Source: Tetramitus jugosus (lineage: Eukaryota; Protista; Heterolobosea). From it: DNA of 64,000 nt. The DNA is taken from assembly GCA_937625935.1 (NCBI GenBank), contig OW569387.1:1-64000 (forward strand), given 5' to 3'. A model generated the notes under the pieces. It made no database searches, was not told the origin of the DNA, and was given only the letters and a program-made list of their open reading frames with translations. The position numbers and the translations under genes are program-made. Position 1 is the first letter of the stretch. Each line of letters begins with the position of its first letter. Below, piece after piece: positions 10,863 to 23,902 of this stretch.

Positions 10863-11180
10863 GTCCATGATGTTATCAAAGAGGTTAAAAGAATTGACAT
10901 TGAAATTCTGTTTGATGAGTCAGTGTCAACACAGGCAGTACCAACAGTAGAGCAATTGATTGATCAATTGGGAGAGCCAACCATCTCAAGAAATGCAGGT
11001 GAGAGATTCTTTGCAAATTCACTTGAAGAGGATCGTTTCATTATGGCGTTTGTTAGTCAACGCAGAGATTTCCAGAGATATCATTGGTCCTCGGGAGTCC
11101 AACCACCCAGGTACTATGTAACTGCGTATTATTCCAATCATTTCAAGAAGATTGTTCGAATTTTCAAGGGTATTAACTGA
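10863..11180 (+). pseudogene. Fragment of unknown gene converging on the 2OG oxygenase remnant
   Basis: Open frame VHDVIKEVKRIDIEILFDESVSTQAVPTVEQLIDQLGEP...; no ATG start. Confidence 0.3.
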
Positions 11181-12777
11181 TGCGACTGCAAACAACAAAC
11201 AAGAGTTTCAACTCTACTTTCACTTTTAGTAAAGGTGTGACATTTGAACATGGAGTTGGATCTTTATTAGCCAACGACTTGTACCGTTCAGTGTTCTGGA
11301 GTATATACGTAATTATGGTGGATATTTTGTCTTTCATGTTCAATCTGTACAGATACACCAATAGCATTCCAATGGTTTCATGGTCAGAGGAGCTAGAGTA
11401 GTAATACGTGCTGCTCACTCTCGAATAATATTGAGTCCAAATGCTATCGACAAGATTGTTAAACATGAAATAGTCGCTTGGTTGTATACTTGAACCTATG
11501 GTTGTCGGTGCAAGTTCTCCAATAAGTTTAACACCATTCTCCATTCCATTATATCCCGCAGTGGCAAGTCTCCGAATGTATTGAGCGACATACTCTTGCA
11601 TAGTATTCCAACCGAATACAGTTATTAAGCTCTTAATTGCGCGACCAACTCCCGATGAGTACGTGGATGATTTCTTGATCAACACCTCATTACAGAAACG
11701 AATAGCCAATTGAGTGTCTCGTAACTCGTTATTATTTTCAATCATGGGAACAATTATTCCATTGTAATCCCACTTTGTGATCATCTTATCTCGATCCACT
11801 ACATCTGAAATCATTGAACCAAGCTTCTGGACGGCAAGATTTGTTCCCATATCAAGCCAAAGATTGTTTGATCTTTCAACTGGCCAAAAGACGATAACCG
11901 CTGTTTGATACCATCTCTCTAACGTGGCTCCTTCGTTTCCTGTGGCTCCATAAAATGCAGCAAAGTATGGAGTAAAGGCAGCAACTTTGGCAAAATCAAA
12001 CGTATGTTCACTTCTTCTATGTCTGATAGTGATCCGACCTCCTTCATACAACGATGGAAGTTGAATAATCAACGTACTAAACATTCCATCTTCCTTCTCT
12101 GTGTCTCGATGAAATTTGAAATGACCTCCCTTCTCATACAGCAACAGCTTGTACAGACTACATCCGATTTGAAGATTTGTAATGCCCAATCCTGGGTGTG
12201 AGGCCTGTATCAAGCAATTGTTTGACATTTGTGTTATTAATCTTAATTGGATTTGTGTTATTAATCTTGTATTGAGAGGGATCCAATTGCCAAGAGTTAC
12301 GAACATTGTCATCAAACAGTGTTTCTTCTCGACGACCAAGGGTGATTTCGATGCCACAGCAATAATCTCTTTGGCTTGAGATTCAACAAGAGGTAAACCA
12401 ATCATGGAGGGATTACCATTGACAGTAATGGCCGGAACAGCAAAATCAGAAGACAATACGGAACCAACTGCAAAATCACCTGGTCTCGCAACATTTGTAA
12501 ACAAACTTTCAAATCGATCAACAATTCTTTATTCTTCTTCTCCTTCATCTTCACTATCCACTTCGTCATCTTCATTGTCATCTTCCTCTGCTCTGTTTGT
12601 TTGATCTTGTTGTTCCTGTTGTGCTTGTGGTGCTTGTGCAGAAACAGGTACTGTAAGGTTTAGAGCAGAAGCTGAAGAGGACGAACTGGGTGCTGCATTT
12701 ACCTCTTCTTGAACTGCCTTTTCAACATAAGTGCTCTGGGGAGCAATGGAAACTTCCTGAAATGGCAAATTTTGCAC
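11173..12777 (-). pseudogene. 2OG-Fe(II) dioxygenase (2OG-FeII_Oxy_3-type) pseudogene
   Basis: Motifs RPGDFA, IGLPL, SPFGR..ETL.D..VR.SWQLD (in a shifted frame), LYKLLLYEKGGHFKFHRDTEKEDGMF and TGNEGATLERWY. Lesions: in-frame TAA at 12529-12531, a compensated frameshift at ~12200-12340, and a deletion at ~11950. Confidence 0.9.
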
Positions 12778-12905
12778 TCCTTGTTGGGCATCGATTGCCG
12801 TGTTAGGATCAGTTTAGAACATTCGTATCTGGTTGTTCCATCCTCTTCTTGAGCAGGGATATCCTCCATTGTGTCCAAGGTACGTAAAAACGTTGAGTGG
12901 CGGAG

Positions 12906-15900
12906 TTATGGCGGATCAGAAAAAGTCGTTACAGATCCATGCATTCTTGTTGTTCTTCTCTTTGCGATTGGTTCATCTTCTTCGCTATCTGAGATGGTGA
13001 TTGATGAGGTAGTATCTCTTTTTCTCTTGGATGTCTCACTTTGAGTATTCATTCGTCTCATGATGCTTCTCTTTATGCTCTCACTTGCATTGTCCAAGGG
13101 TGTATGGCCTTCCTTATCTGTGATGGTAATGTCAGCTCCGTATCGCACAAGAGTCGGTATCATGCTATGAATATCTATGTTGGTGACGATGTGGTGCAGA
13201 CAAGTTTGACCCAATTGATTTCGATGATTGACAAAGCTCGAAACCTTCTCGCTATCATCCAGAGAGTCAAAGTATTGGAGTATGAGGTTTAGAATTTCGT
13301 GACACGATTCATACTCACTCCTTGGAAACAATTCACCTGTCAATAGATGTAGCAAAGTTTCCCCTGTTTGAACATCGAAGGACAGAATTACATCTGAAAA
13401 TTTAGAATGGTGCTTAAAGTGTTTGAAGAACCAACCAAGAGTATTCGAAAATGCATTCACAAGTAACAGCTTGAATGTGCTCATGTTATCATTCTCTTCT
13501 TGGCTGGGTTCAGCAGGTGTCGCACAAAGGATATCAATCCAAGAGCCTTCTGATTCTTCTCTCAAGCATTCCAACCAATCAACAACTTTAAGGTCATGAG
13601 TTCTATTCAGCTTTTGATTGCATAGATGATATCGAATGATTGATTGCATTAGAGATTTAGATGAGGGTAAAATACCGTGTTGTATCATACAGTTCAGAGC
13701 AAAATCATACTGATTGTGGTCCATTGCTACCTTAACAGGATTATCCAATAATTTTGCGTTTGAATGGACATACGGCCACAAAATACTGAATACTTCGAAT
13801 TGTCCCTCGATGCATGAGAGAGTGATAGAGTTGCGAGGTCTTCTTTCGTTCACATCGTCATTCTCAAGAGGTTTGCTGATCAGGTCGCATAGTTCTTTCT
13901 TTGAGTAGTGCTTTTTCCAGTACTTGAGCACCGATTGACACATACTGAAGTTGTTTCTGGCTGTTATTTGCAACAAATTGGATTTGTGAACATCTGAGTT
14001 GTCATAAGCCATAACGTCAGTCGTATGACTCAAAATTTTGTCAAATAGCACAGGGCTACCGGTCTTACTCAGCGCAACAAAAACAGCAGGTAACTGGGCT
14101 ATTTGCTGATCTGGAAGAACAATCGGTTTGTTGGCCAGCTCACTCAAATCGATGGCTAAATCACTCAATAGGAAATGACCGTGAGAGGAGCTGAGTAGTA
14201 TCTCAAGAGGACTAGGAGTAGTTTGATCCACGCCCCCATCGACATGTTCTCTCTCATTGAGCATCTCAGGATGGTATTTGATGCACAACTTGGCGCAACG
14301 AAGTGCGATAGGATAGTTTCCTTCACATAACACCTTCTGCTTTCTGTTCATGCTCGATAGTTTTTCAACTATGTTTGTCAATAGGGGGAGGGTAAAGTGC
14401 AGAGCATTGACTCCATTTCTTTTTCTTTCTTTCAAAAGCTCTGCAATGTTGTCATCTGATAATTGTTCAATGATAGCCTTAGTTAATGGATAGTTCTCTT
14501 GCTCTAGGGCTTTCATGATAACGGATGTGCCTTCATTATTCAAACAATCTACTTGCGCCCCTGCATTGATCAATTGATTCACTCTCTTCTCGAATCGAGC
14601 CGCTGAAAGTGTGTAAAGAGATCGAAAGGGTGGAGTTTGATTTTTGCAAGAGAATAGCACATTCTCTCCATGGGTGTTGAGGGCATTTGCATCAACTCCC
14701 TTCTTTAGAAGAAAATCAATGGAAGAGTCTTGATAGAAGCTGTTCTTCACTGCTGCGTGTAGTAGTGTTCCACATGATGTTTCATATTCCTTGAAGATAC
14801 ATTCTTTTCCCTGCTTCAAAACAGATAACTTATCTATGGATTCCAAAAATTGACCGGGAGATGAATGACTAGCATGCATGTAGGTTGATGCCGATTCCAG
14901 GAACGCCATTTCGAGAGGAGTTTCATTATGATCATTCTTTACAAAGAGATCATCCATTGATCCATTGGCGAGGAAGAACTTCAAGTAGTTGGGGTCCAAT
15001 AGTTGACAGGATAGATGCAAGTAGTTATTGCCTTGAGAACTCAAATTCGATAATGATGCTCCTCTTCTAACAAGGTACTGAAAATTAACAAGATTCTCCT
15101 GTGGGTTGGCAAAGCAGTATTTGATCATCAAATGCAACATAGGTAACTGCTTTTGATCACAACGAATGATTCCTGAAGAATCCCCTAGAAGGACCAAATC
15201 TGGTTTCTTCATCAATATATATTCAACTAATTTGGAGCGAATTTCAGTGTCTGGGAGCGAATATGCTTCTAACAAATAATTTCTGACACTGGCAACAGCT
15301 AGTAGTGCTCCATACTGTGTGACAACAGTTTTAATAGCTTTAAGAGCATCTTCGCTTCTGCAATTTTGAATGAGGAATGTAAGAACAGTCATTCCTGCAT
15401 CCGGTATCCCGCAATAAGGATAGGCATGATTAACATCTAAAACTAGTTCTGGATATTTCATTCTCTCAATGTCTGTTAACACAGAGAGCAGATGGGATGT
15501 TGCGCGAGGATGTTGCATGATCAAGGACAAATCAGGAGGTGTTCGGGGATGCAGTTGCCAATCTCTTTCAGCCATGCTTCGATCGATGACTGATTTAAAA
15601 CAGGGATATTCACTAACAGCTGCATCCACAATGGCGTCTATAACATCGTCTCTCTGCATTTCGAGATCGTATTGAGCAAGATAAGACAACACAATACCCT
15701 CCCTTTCGGTCATATATCTGATATAGTCGGCGTACGAAACACTTGGAAAATCTGTGTGTGAAGATATGGCATTACAGTCGAGTGATTCTAGAATGTTCAG
15801 AGATGGTATGACCTGGCGCAGATCCTTGATCACTCTGCAACAATCCACAGAGTAGTTTCTCTCGAAGAAACAATGATTCAGATGCAATTCATTGATGTTT

Positions 15901-16716
15901 GCCTCGATTATTCTACCAGTATTCCCAGATTGTTTCACACCTGAAATGTTTCTTCCTCGATCCGTCAATGACTGGAGCACAATGAAAGTGTCTTCAACAT
16001 ATTCTAGTTTAATGCCAATCAAATGCAAAGATTTCAGCCATGAAGGCAGATGAGCAACCAAATCACAAAGACTTTCCACAAATAAGTTTGCTGTTGCGCC
16101 ACCCCAGTAGTTATATGATCGAGCACCGATAATATCTAATCTTTCAAGCTTTGTCAGTCTTGGTAGCATTGTTTTCAAACAATCAAACATCTCAAGCGAG
16201 CTATAAGTTGAAAATGCTAATCGCAAGTGTCTGACATTATGAAAAACATGGGACAAAAAGTGATAGATTGGAACACGATTGTACCTTTGTGTCTCAACAC
16301 CTGGTTCAGTCAAAGTCGAAATGTCAAAGTGCTTGCCTGTCATATCAATTGGCTTATATCTGACAATCTTAACATTGTTATCTTCTTTGCCATCCATCTG
16401 CACATCATCTCCGCTCGTGTATTGTTGCTGTGGAACTTGGTTTACCATCGTTCACAAGATCCAAGTAATGAACTTGACCATAAATTTTCTCCTCAAACTC
16501 ATACAACCATTGTGAACAAACAGATCGAATGACAAAGTAGTAAGGAAATGCAGGTATAAACTCAATAATTGCCCCAAAAATGTGCCTCGGTATCAACTGG
16601 TCACACAAAGTGAAAAAACCAAGTTCTTTGTCTCGTTCTTTTTCACAATCTCTCTTCCATTGCCCTGTGGCAAATTCATCACATGGAAGTGAAGAATCAT
16701 CTTGGTGTTGTTGCAT
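12906..16716 (-). pseudogene. F-box + LRR-like + ankyrin-repeat protein; F-box separated from the body by a frameshift
   Basis: F-box LIPRHIFGAIIEFIP..YF.IRSVCSQW lies in ORF 16405-16749. The 1180-aa body has ankyrin motifs (GNNYLHLSC, NETPLEMA, GTLLHAAV, GETLLHLL, GQTCLHHI, GHTPLDNA). The frames overlap at 16405-16448. Confidence 0.8.
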
Positions 16717-16921
16717 CTCCTCCACCAAGTTATGGCTTTGTCGTGACAAAAGTTCCTTGGCTGTGAGAACTGGACCGAAAAGTTTCCAGTTTTTCTGGGA
16801 AAGTTTTTTGGCGGGAATGGGAATTGTGACAAACTACAAAAAAGCGGAACACCTAGAATGATCAGTCGATGAGTTTTGCGGGATGAGTAGCTTTATTATG
16901 AGTAGTGAGGTGAATGATGGA

Positions 16922-17264
16922 TTAGATTTCTCTCATTACATCGAGGTTTTCTGTGAATGTGTGGCTGTTTTGAGCAGCCATCTTAGAGACAACTTTCGTG
17001 TTACTTTTTCTTCTGATGAGAAGCAACACAACAACGGCAAGAACTGCAATAGAAATGAGGACACCTATCACGAACAGGGGTGAAATTACGGCAGCAGCAA
17101 TCCAACCCTTTGACGCTGGAGAAACAGGAGCCTTTGGCATTGTGGCTGTGATCACAAGAAGCTTGTTCACAGCCAGTTGAAGCACTACTGAAAATATTAA
17201 TTTCTTGAGAGACAAGTATCTTTCTTGTTGATGCACCGTAGCCCACACTTTGTCCCATCAACAA
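16922..17264 (-). pseudogene. C-terminal transmembrane anchor fragment of a type I cell-surface protein
   Basis: GWIAAAVISPLFVIGVLISIAVLAVVVLLLIRRK followed by a short tail. The upstream frame is broken. Confidence 0.5.
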
Positions 17265-17882
17265 GTCATAAGTATCTGCAATGTACGGGTTGAGGATGGA
17301 CAGTTTCTAGAACCTGAAGCTTCTTGCATGATTAAAGCCATGAGATAATTCTATCCGTGACGTAGTTCTTGTTCAATCAAGTTGGCAGAAACGTTAGTTG
17401 CGGTGGTTGGGTTTGGGGTTCCTCGAGTACATCCTCCATTGAATCACTTCACTGAACTATCAGAAACTGCAATACCAAACCACAATCATTCTCAACTACT
17501 ATCACAAACAGTGAATGGTCTATCGGAGCCAGCAAATAACCCAACAGAACAACCGAAAGCAATCGGTGGCAACACGATTAGCGTTAAAACACAAAATATA
17601 AGGTCAAAGTCGAGGAAACGACGATGGGGTGAGTGGAATCATGTGGAAAATGAGGATGAGGAAGATGTAGAAGAAGGAGGAGAGCGTAAGAGAGTAAAGA
17701 TAACCCCCCTCGAGTCTATCGCACTTTTGGATTTCAATGAATTATTCAGCGTTTTACGTTTCAATGACGATGCTGGTTTAACAATCTTTCCCGACGATCG
17801 ACCAAGATTGAATCTGGACTTCATATTCACTAGGTCACTCACTGCTTGTGGTAATGGTTGAGGTTGACTGCGGGCTGGTATA

Positions 17883-18511
17883 GTGGTGTCCTGTACGAGT
17901 TTGTCTCAATGGGTAAGGTTCCTCAATGTTGGACAAGAAAAGTTCGCTCAGAACATGCAAGTTGATCGTTTCCATTTACTGTTCTGGCAGAGTACTTACC
18001 AACTACTGGCAAACATTTTATTCCTCCCTTGGAACTTTGTCCCAGGCACGGGGATGACCCTTGAGAAATGGGGCAATTTACTAACTCACTTTACATTTGG
18101 GTCACAGTGTTGGTTCGGTATTGGTCAACATTGTAAAAACAAGTGGTTTGGGGTGTACTGTCATGTATGTCATGAGTTATACATTAGTATATTACTGGAG
18201 CGCTCGTATCATTGAAAGGTACCGTAGCACACTAGTGTCCATTGTGAGCACACCGACCCATCACTGCCATTATTTTCTTGATAATGGGCAAGGACAAACC
18301 ACACTGGATAATTTTCATTGCTTTGCCCATTATAGTACTTGGTGTAGTACTCTATGCAATCGCTGAGTTCAAGAACAAAAATTCCCAAAGAATTTTGTTG
18401 TTTTGGTGCAATTCTACTTCCAGAAGGCCATTCTACTTCCAGAAATCTTATCTCACAGCTTGGCAAGAACTGAGGGGTCATAATTCCCTCTCCAGAATAT
18501 TGGTTTATTGA
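17883..18511 (+). pseudogene. CRT-like (chloroquine-resistance-transporter / DMT superfamily) transporter fragment
   Basis: Three frames give QEKFAQ..VDRFHLLFWQSTYQLL..ILFLP..FVPG.G, F.FG.QCWFG, YYWSARIIERY.STLVSIV and ALPIIVLGVVLY. Confidence 0.6.
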
Positions 18512-18559
18512 ATTCAACTGGTTCGTAACCAGTAATCCACATTTTGGCAACAAACAACA

Positions 18560-19226
18560 ACATAAATTTGAGATAGACTATTTAACGAACCAAGAGAAAG
18601 AAGCGCTCTTCAATTGTATTCAAAAAACGAGAGTACAAGGAAGCTGCGGAAACTTTTTCTCTCTGTTTGGAAAAGAGCAGAAATCCAAGAAGCCCAACTC
18701 TTGGAACTCAGAAGATATCTACAATAACATGGGCATTTGTTACGAAGAGTTGATGAAGACAACTTGTGAAAATAATGAAGGACAGTATGTCAATCATTAT
18801 AAAACAGCCAAAACAAATTTTAAACAGTCATTGAAGCATAATGCTTCTCGTTTAGGCATCCAGAAGCCAAAGAAATGTAGGAATTGGTGTTCACTTTACC
18901 ATCTCGCCTGTTGTTACATGTTTGTGGAGGGAAAGAACCTTGGGGAGACAAAATATGAACAATCCAAGCTGATTCTGGAAGAAATTCTTAGTAATGAATC
19001 AGAGGGTGTGTACATTGCAGACAAATTAACTCTGCTTGGGACAGTGTACCTCCAAAACACTCTCTCATTCGGAGTCGATTTCCTCTCTGAAGCTCAAAAG
19101 ATGTTAGGAGATGTTTATTATGAGCTCTCAGAGTATGGAAAAGCAATCCATCGCTATGGTAAGGACATTAAAGATAGCAAAAGAATTCATTCACAATATG
19201 CTCGTCTGGTATGTCCAATGTGTTAA
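18560..19226 (+). pseudogene. TPR-repeat protein fragment
   Basis: HNNMGICYEEL, SLYHLACCY and AQKMLGDVYYELSEYGKAIHRY. Frameshifted 5' end; the 3' end runs into the kinase remnant. Confidence 0.65.
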
Positions 19227-22200
19227 CAATTCCACTCACAGAAGATGATGTTGATACTGTGAAAGGAATGGAAGGTCTTAATCCACTATTCACAATCTCA
19301 ATGCCAAGAGAGAAAATTGCCAGAGAGTCTTGTTCACGAGAATATGGATGTTCCACAATAAATAGTTCGTGCATCATGATGCCAAAACTGTAAACATCAC
19401 ACTTTTCATCATGTCCATTCCGTGTTAACAACTCAGGAGCAGAGTATTCTGTTTATGAATACATCAGATAAAGTGAGTCATCAAGTTCATGTGTACACAA
19501 TAAAGAGGGTCAAAATTATTCACATACCAATTGTTCCATATGAAACTCCAGTCGTAAATGCAGTGTTAACAGTTTTGCTCAATCCAAAGTCGCAAATACG
19601 TACGTTTCCCGCTTCATCAATCAACACATTCTGAGGTTTTAAATCTCTGTGAACAATTCGAGGACTTCTACCATGTAGATAACTCATTGTATCAGCAATT
19701 TGACATAAAATGTCCATTTTCTTATTAAAATCTCTGAGAGGATCCTTTGCATAGAGTACCTTGTCCAAACTACCTATGATTAGCACCACTAACAGTGCCG
19801 TAAAAGGAATGATCAAAGGTGACAGCAACGCGAGAAAATCAAGGTTAATAGAACATGTCTCTCCATAATAGCCACGAGGACAAGCACACTCGTTGGGTGC
19901 TACACACTTTCCCCTCGACGAACAAACAGTACGGCTATTGCCTGGATATCCAAAGCAAAGTGGAGCGGAGCAATCATCACCAGCGAATCTCTCTCCACAT
20001 TTACATGTATCCAGAGACACACAATTTCCGTTCCCTGAGCAAACACTATTACTATCGTGTGTTATATTATAGCAATAGAATGATTCACAATTTTGTCCAA
20101 AATACCCACTCACACATTTCACTCCAAGAATACCACTTTTCTTGGTTGAAGTCACATATGCTTGGGAAATGTATTGAGTTGGATCAACGTTGGAAAGGTT
20201 TACATTGTAAAAATCCGTTTCCCAAGCAAACACACGTGAATCATTAGTCACAGCGACAATACCAGTACTCCCCGTAACAAGCCGTGTTATTTTGTCGTTG
20301 ACTAATTCCTTATGTTGAGTATAGCGAGAAATGTCTCCCCAAACATGAACAACACCATCATTAGTTGAGAGAACTGTACGCAATTGTGAAGCGCCAATCA
20401 TTGAAACTGTTCCATTGCTGTTACTCATGAGTACGGGAATGTGTTCATCTCTATTCGAATCAGTTCCAAGCTGACCATCAGTGTTACTACCCCAAGCATA
20501 ACTCATTCCATCACTTGTTAATGCAACTGTACGTAAGTCTCCTGCAACAATTTGAGTAAATTTCTTTGACCGTAGTATGCCCGGCGTACTGACTGCCACA
20601 GGCGACATCTTTGGTTGTGTACTCCCATCACCGAGCTGCCCTTGAGAATTTACACCCCATGAATACAATTTACCACCATTGTCAATCACAACCGTATGAT
20701 GCATGCCAACTGCAACAGATATTACGATCATTCCAGCATAGAGGGTGTCCATGTTAACATGTGTTGGAAGTAAAGAGTTTCTCAGTGTACCAATACCTAA
20801 CTGACCAAAATAATTGCCCCAGCTATATACTCTTCCTTCTGTGTCTAATGCAACTGAGAAGCTCTGACCAAGAGCAATTTGTGATATAGTTCTACCAAGT
20901 AACACCTTTCTCATGTCCACAGCAACAAAAAATCTTTGGTCAACAATTGTTCCATCCCCCAATTGACCACAATTATTCTTGCCCCAACCATAGAGCTTAT
21001 TTTCACTGGTTAAAACGATTGTGTGTTGTGCTGAGGCAAAGATATTTGTAATGGTTTGGTCATCAAGAATTCCCCTTGTATCCACATCTCCTGGAACGGG
21101 CCTCGATTCAATAGCCTCACCACTGCCTAACTTTCCGAATTGATTATACCCCATGAATATACCTTTCCATCCGTGGATACTGCCACCGGATGATCATCAC
21201 CTGCTGATACATCTCGAGCACTCTTGCTTAAAGCCCCATTAGTACTTACAGCGACAGGAGCGAGCCTCATGAAGGAAGCTGGTCCGTCACATCCTAGTTG
21301 GCCCAAGCATAAATCGTACCTTGGCTCGAGACAGCTAACGTAAAATCAGTACCTGCTGCGACGTGGACAAATGTTTTTCCTTTTGTCACACCTTCCATAT
21401 ATATTGGTACTGGGCCAGAATCTCGAGTATTATCTCCCAACTGACCATAATTGTTGCTTCCCCATCTCTACCATCATTTGTTAACGACACAGTGTGTAAG
21501 TCGCCCGCTGAGATTTGAGTGATATTGGCACCAGTCAAAGCTCCAGTGGGGCTGACAGGATTTGGAACTCTAGTATTGGAGTCAATTCGCCCGAGTTGAC
21601 CATTCGCGTTATTGCCCCAAGTTAAAATGACTCCATTGGCTGTCAAGGCAACAGGGTGCCACAAACCGGCAGAAATTTGAATAATTTTTTCATCAGTTAA
21701 TGCCCTAGTAGGCACATTGGAAAACTGGATGGTCGAGCTGACCCCGCAAGTTACTACCCCAACAGAATACGCGACCATAACTTGTCAGAGCCATCGAGTG
21801 TATTCGACCAGCTGAAACTTGAATCACTGGAGTTGAGTCGGCCAGCCCGAACAATGACACAACACGAGGATAGTTTACATTCGTACTTTCTACATCAATT
21901 CCCAACTGGCCAAATTGATTGTACCCCCAAGAGAAAACTTCACCACTATTCGACAGCGCCAAGTTGTGCCAGGAACCTGCTGAAATTTGAAAAACTTGCG
22001 ATCCTTGTACAAGTGAGTCAACGCAATGACCACAGGTTGTTGTCGATCAATGTTTGACTGATCTCCCAATTGGCCATATGTGTGGTCACCCCACGTGAAA
22101 ATCTTTCATTGTCAGCCAGAACCGCTGTGTGACTATGTCCAGCAGCCACATGAGTGATCCATTCATTTTTCATGACACCGACAGTTATATGGAAGGGCAG

Positions 22201-22372
22201 GGGATGTTGACTTTGTCTCGTCCACGTATAGAGAGAGGAAGATGCAATTTTTGCCTCGACAGTAGTAGTCACAACAAGAGATGATCATTGAAACTGTATC
22301 GAATGAAAAGATTGAAGTAGTGAGCGAAGTGCATGATATCATTCGTGTATTATGTCCCAATGTACCGATCAT
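19168..22372 (-). pseudogene. RCC1-repeat / EGF / transmembrane / TKL-kinase receptor pseudogene
   Basis: Many RCC1 repeats (WG.N..GQLG) spread over several frames, EGF repeats (CSGNGNCVSLDTCKC), a TM helix, then HRDLKPQN, DFG and YSAPE after a GTATGT..AAACAG intron (19449-19527), and DVYSFG. The kinase N-lobe and subdomain XI are absent. Confidence 0.9.
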
Positions 22373-22563
22373 ATTTCATGATTATCCTGTATTATGCTAC
22401 TGTATGGTTAGACTGGATCATCAAGTAAGCACCTCTACCCTACACTGCAGTAAGCGAATTGGATTCCACATGTCATATGTATCGTCGTTATTATGGAGAA
22501 ACACTTAATCTTTTTGTAATTATTACAAGCTAAACGGAGAGGTCTTTCATGTTTGGTGTCATC

Positions 22564-23902
22564 CTATAATTGACTTTGCGATCTCTTTGCGATGGCATCT
22601 GTCATGAGAGTTCGCAAAGAATACAACCGTAGTTCAGAAAAGACAGTTTGGTTGAGGTTGATATAAGAAGTGCATCGCCGATTCTTGTCCTCATCACTCT
22701 TCCATGACATGATACGGCAGAGAGCAGTGAGCAAATTAACGACATGGTTATGCCGATTGACGCTTTTTAAATGTTCTCCAGCATCTATGTTCAACAGTTT
22801 GGAAGTTACAAGAGGTCTCACATCTATGAATAATACCAGCAATCATTCCTAAGACAACTTTTTGTTACCAAATTTCCAAGAGTAATTTCCTTGCCAAATT
22901 CACTTAGTTCAATCGGCAGTGTGAATTGAACAATCTCCATTTTGATTACCATAACTTCCATGGGAAACCTTTGTCTTGAGAGACAGTAATCAATTTCATG
23001 TCAATTTCTTCCATGGATATATGCTTAGAACCTGATTTATACGCAATGAATTGCCAGTGGTCTCCAAACGACAACCCTTCCATACACAGTCTTCGATAAG
23101 AAACTTATTTTAAACCATTAACTTTCTGCCAAAGTCACACATCAACATTTCTGTTCCATCGGTGTACACATATGTGTGAGCCATTGTTGCTCGATTCGAA
23201 TACCTGAGAACCAAGTCCCTGAAAATGGATGGAATCATCACCATCCTTATGTTGTTTCCTCTCTATACGCACACGCAATCAAGCATTAAAGATGCTTTCA
23301 ACTTCACAGTCATCTTTCGAGTTGGTTCAGACCAGAAACTATTTTCGCTCATTAAAAGATTGAGACTTTCCATGCCCCCGAGTTTTGCGATATTTTCTTT
23401 TCGCTTCATTGATAACAATCTCCTCTCCTTCATTGATTCAATGGTTTTAGTCGAGGTTTTAGCTTTTCTGACTGCACATTAGGTATTTTCTTGAGTGCAA
23501 GTGAAACAAGGGATTGCTCTTCGCAGTAAATTACACAGTCGCATTCTCAGGTAGATCTGCAGTAAGAAGTTTGAACGCCAATTCACATCATCGGAAAGCT
23601 CTTCGAAAAAGAAGTGACAATTCGAGTTGTAGAGTGAATTATCTCATTACTCTGTATGACCGACAACATTCTAATTGCTACGAACGATCTCCACATATTT
23701 GGTGAATTACCAACCATTCTGTCCCTCTTCTCTTTGTTGAATCCAAAACGATTGGCCACCCACTTCCACACGTAATCATCATCTGCTTCTGGACTTAACA
23801 CCAAGTGTGCGTGCTTTACAATGATATGTGTTACAGATCTCGCATGCCCAAGAATGTCAACATGTGCATTTGCAAGTCACAAGACAGCAATTCAAAGATA
23901 TT
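22564..23902 (-). pseudogene. Heavily decayed F-box gene
   Basis: NIFELLSCDLQMHMLTFLGMRDL*HISL*STH is an F-box with TAA at 23831-23833 and 23816-23818. DDYVWKWV follows, then multiply broken frames. Confidence 0.55.

Noticed and set aside
12529-12531. Alternative genetic code or stop readthrough explaining in-frame TAA
   Set aside because: Intact conserved genes end in TAA, TAG and TGA, and the long ORFs need no reassignment. The stops co-occur with frameshifts.
17407-17420. Telomere-like TTGGGTTTGGGG
   Set aside because: Only about 2 units, opposite orientation, and no demonstrable junction. Compatible with chance.
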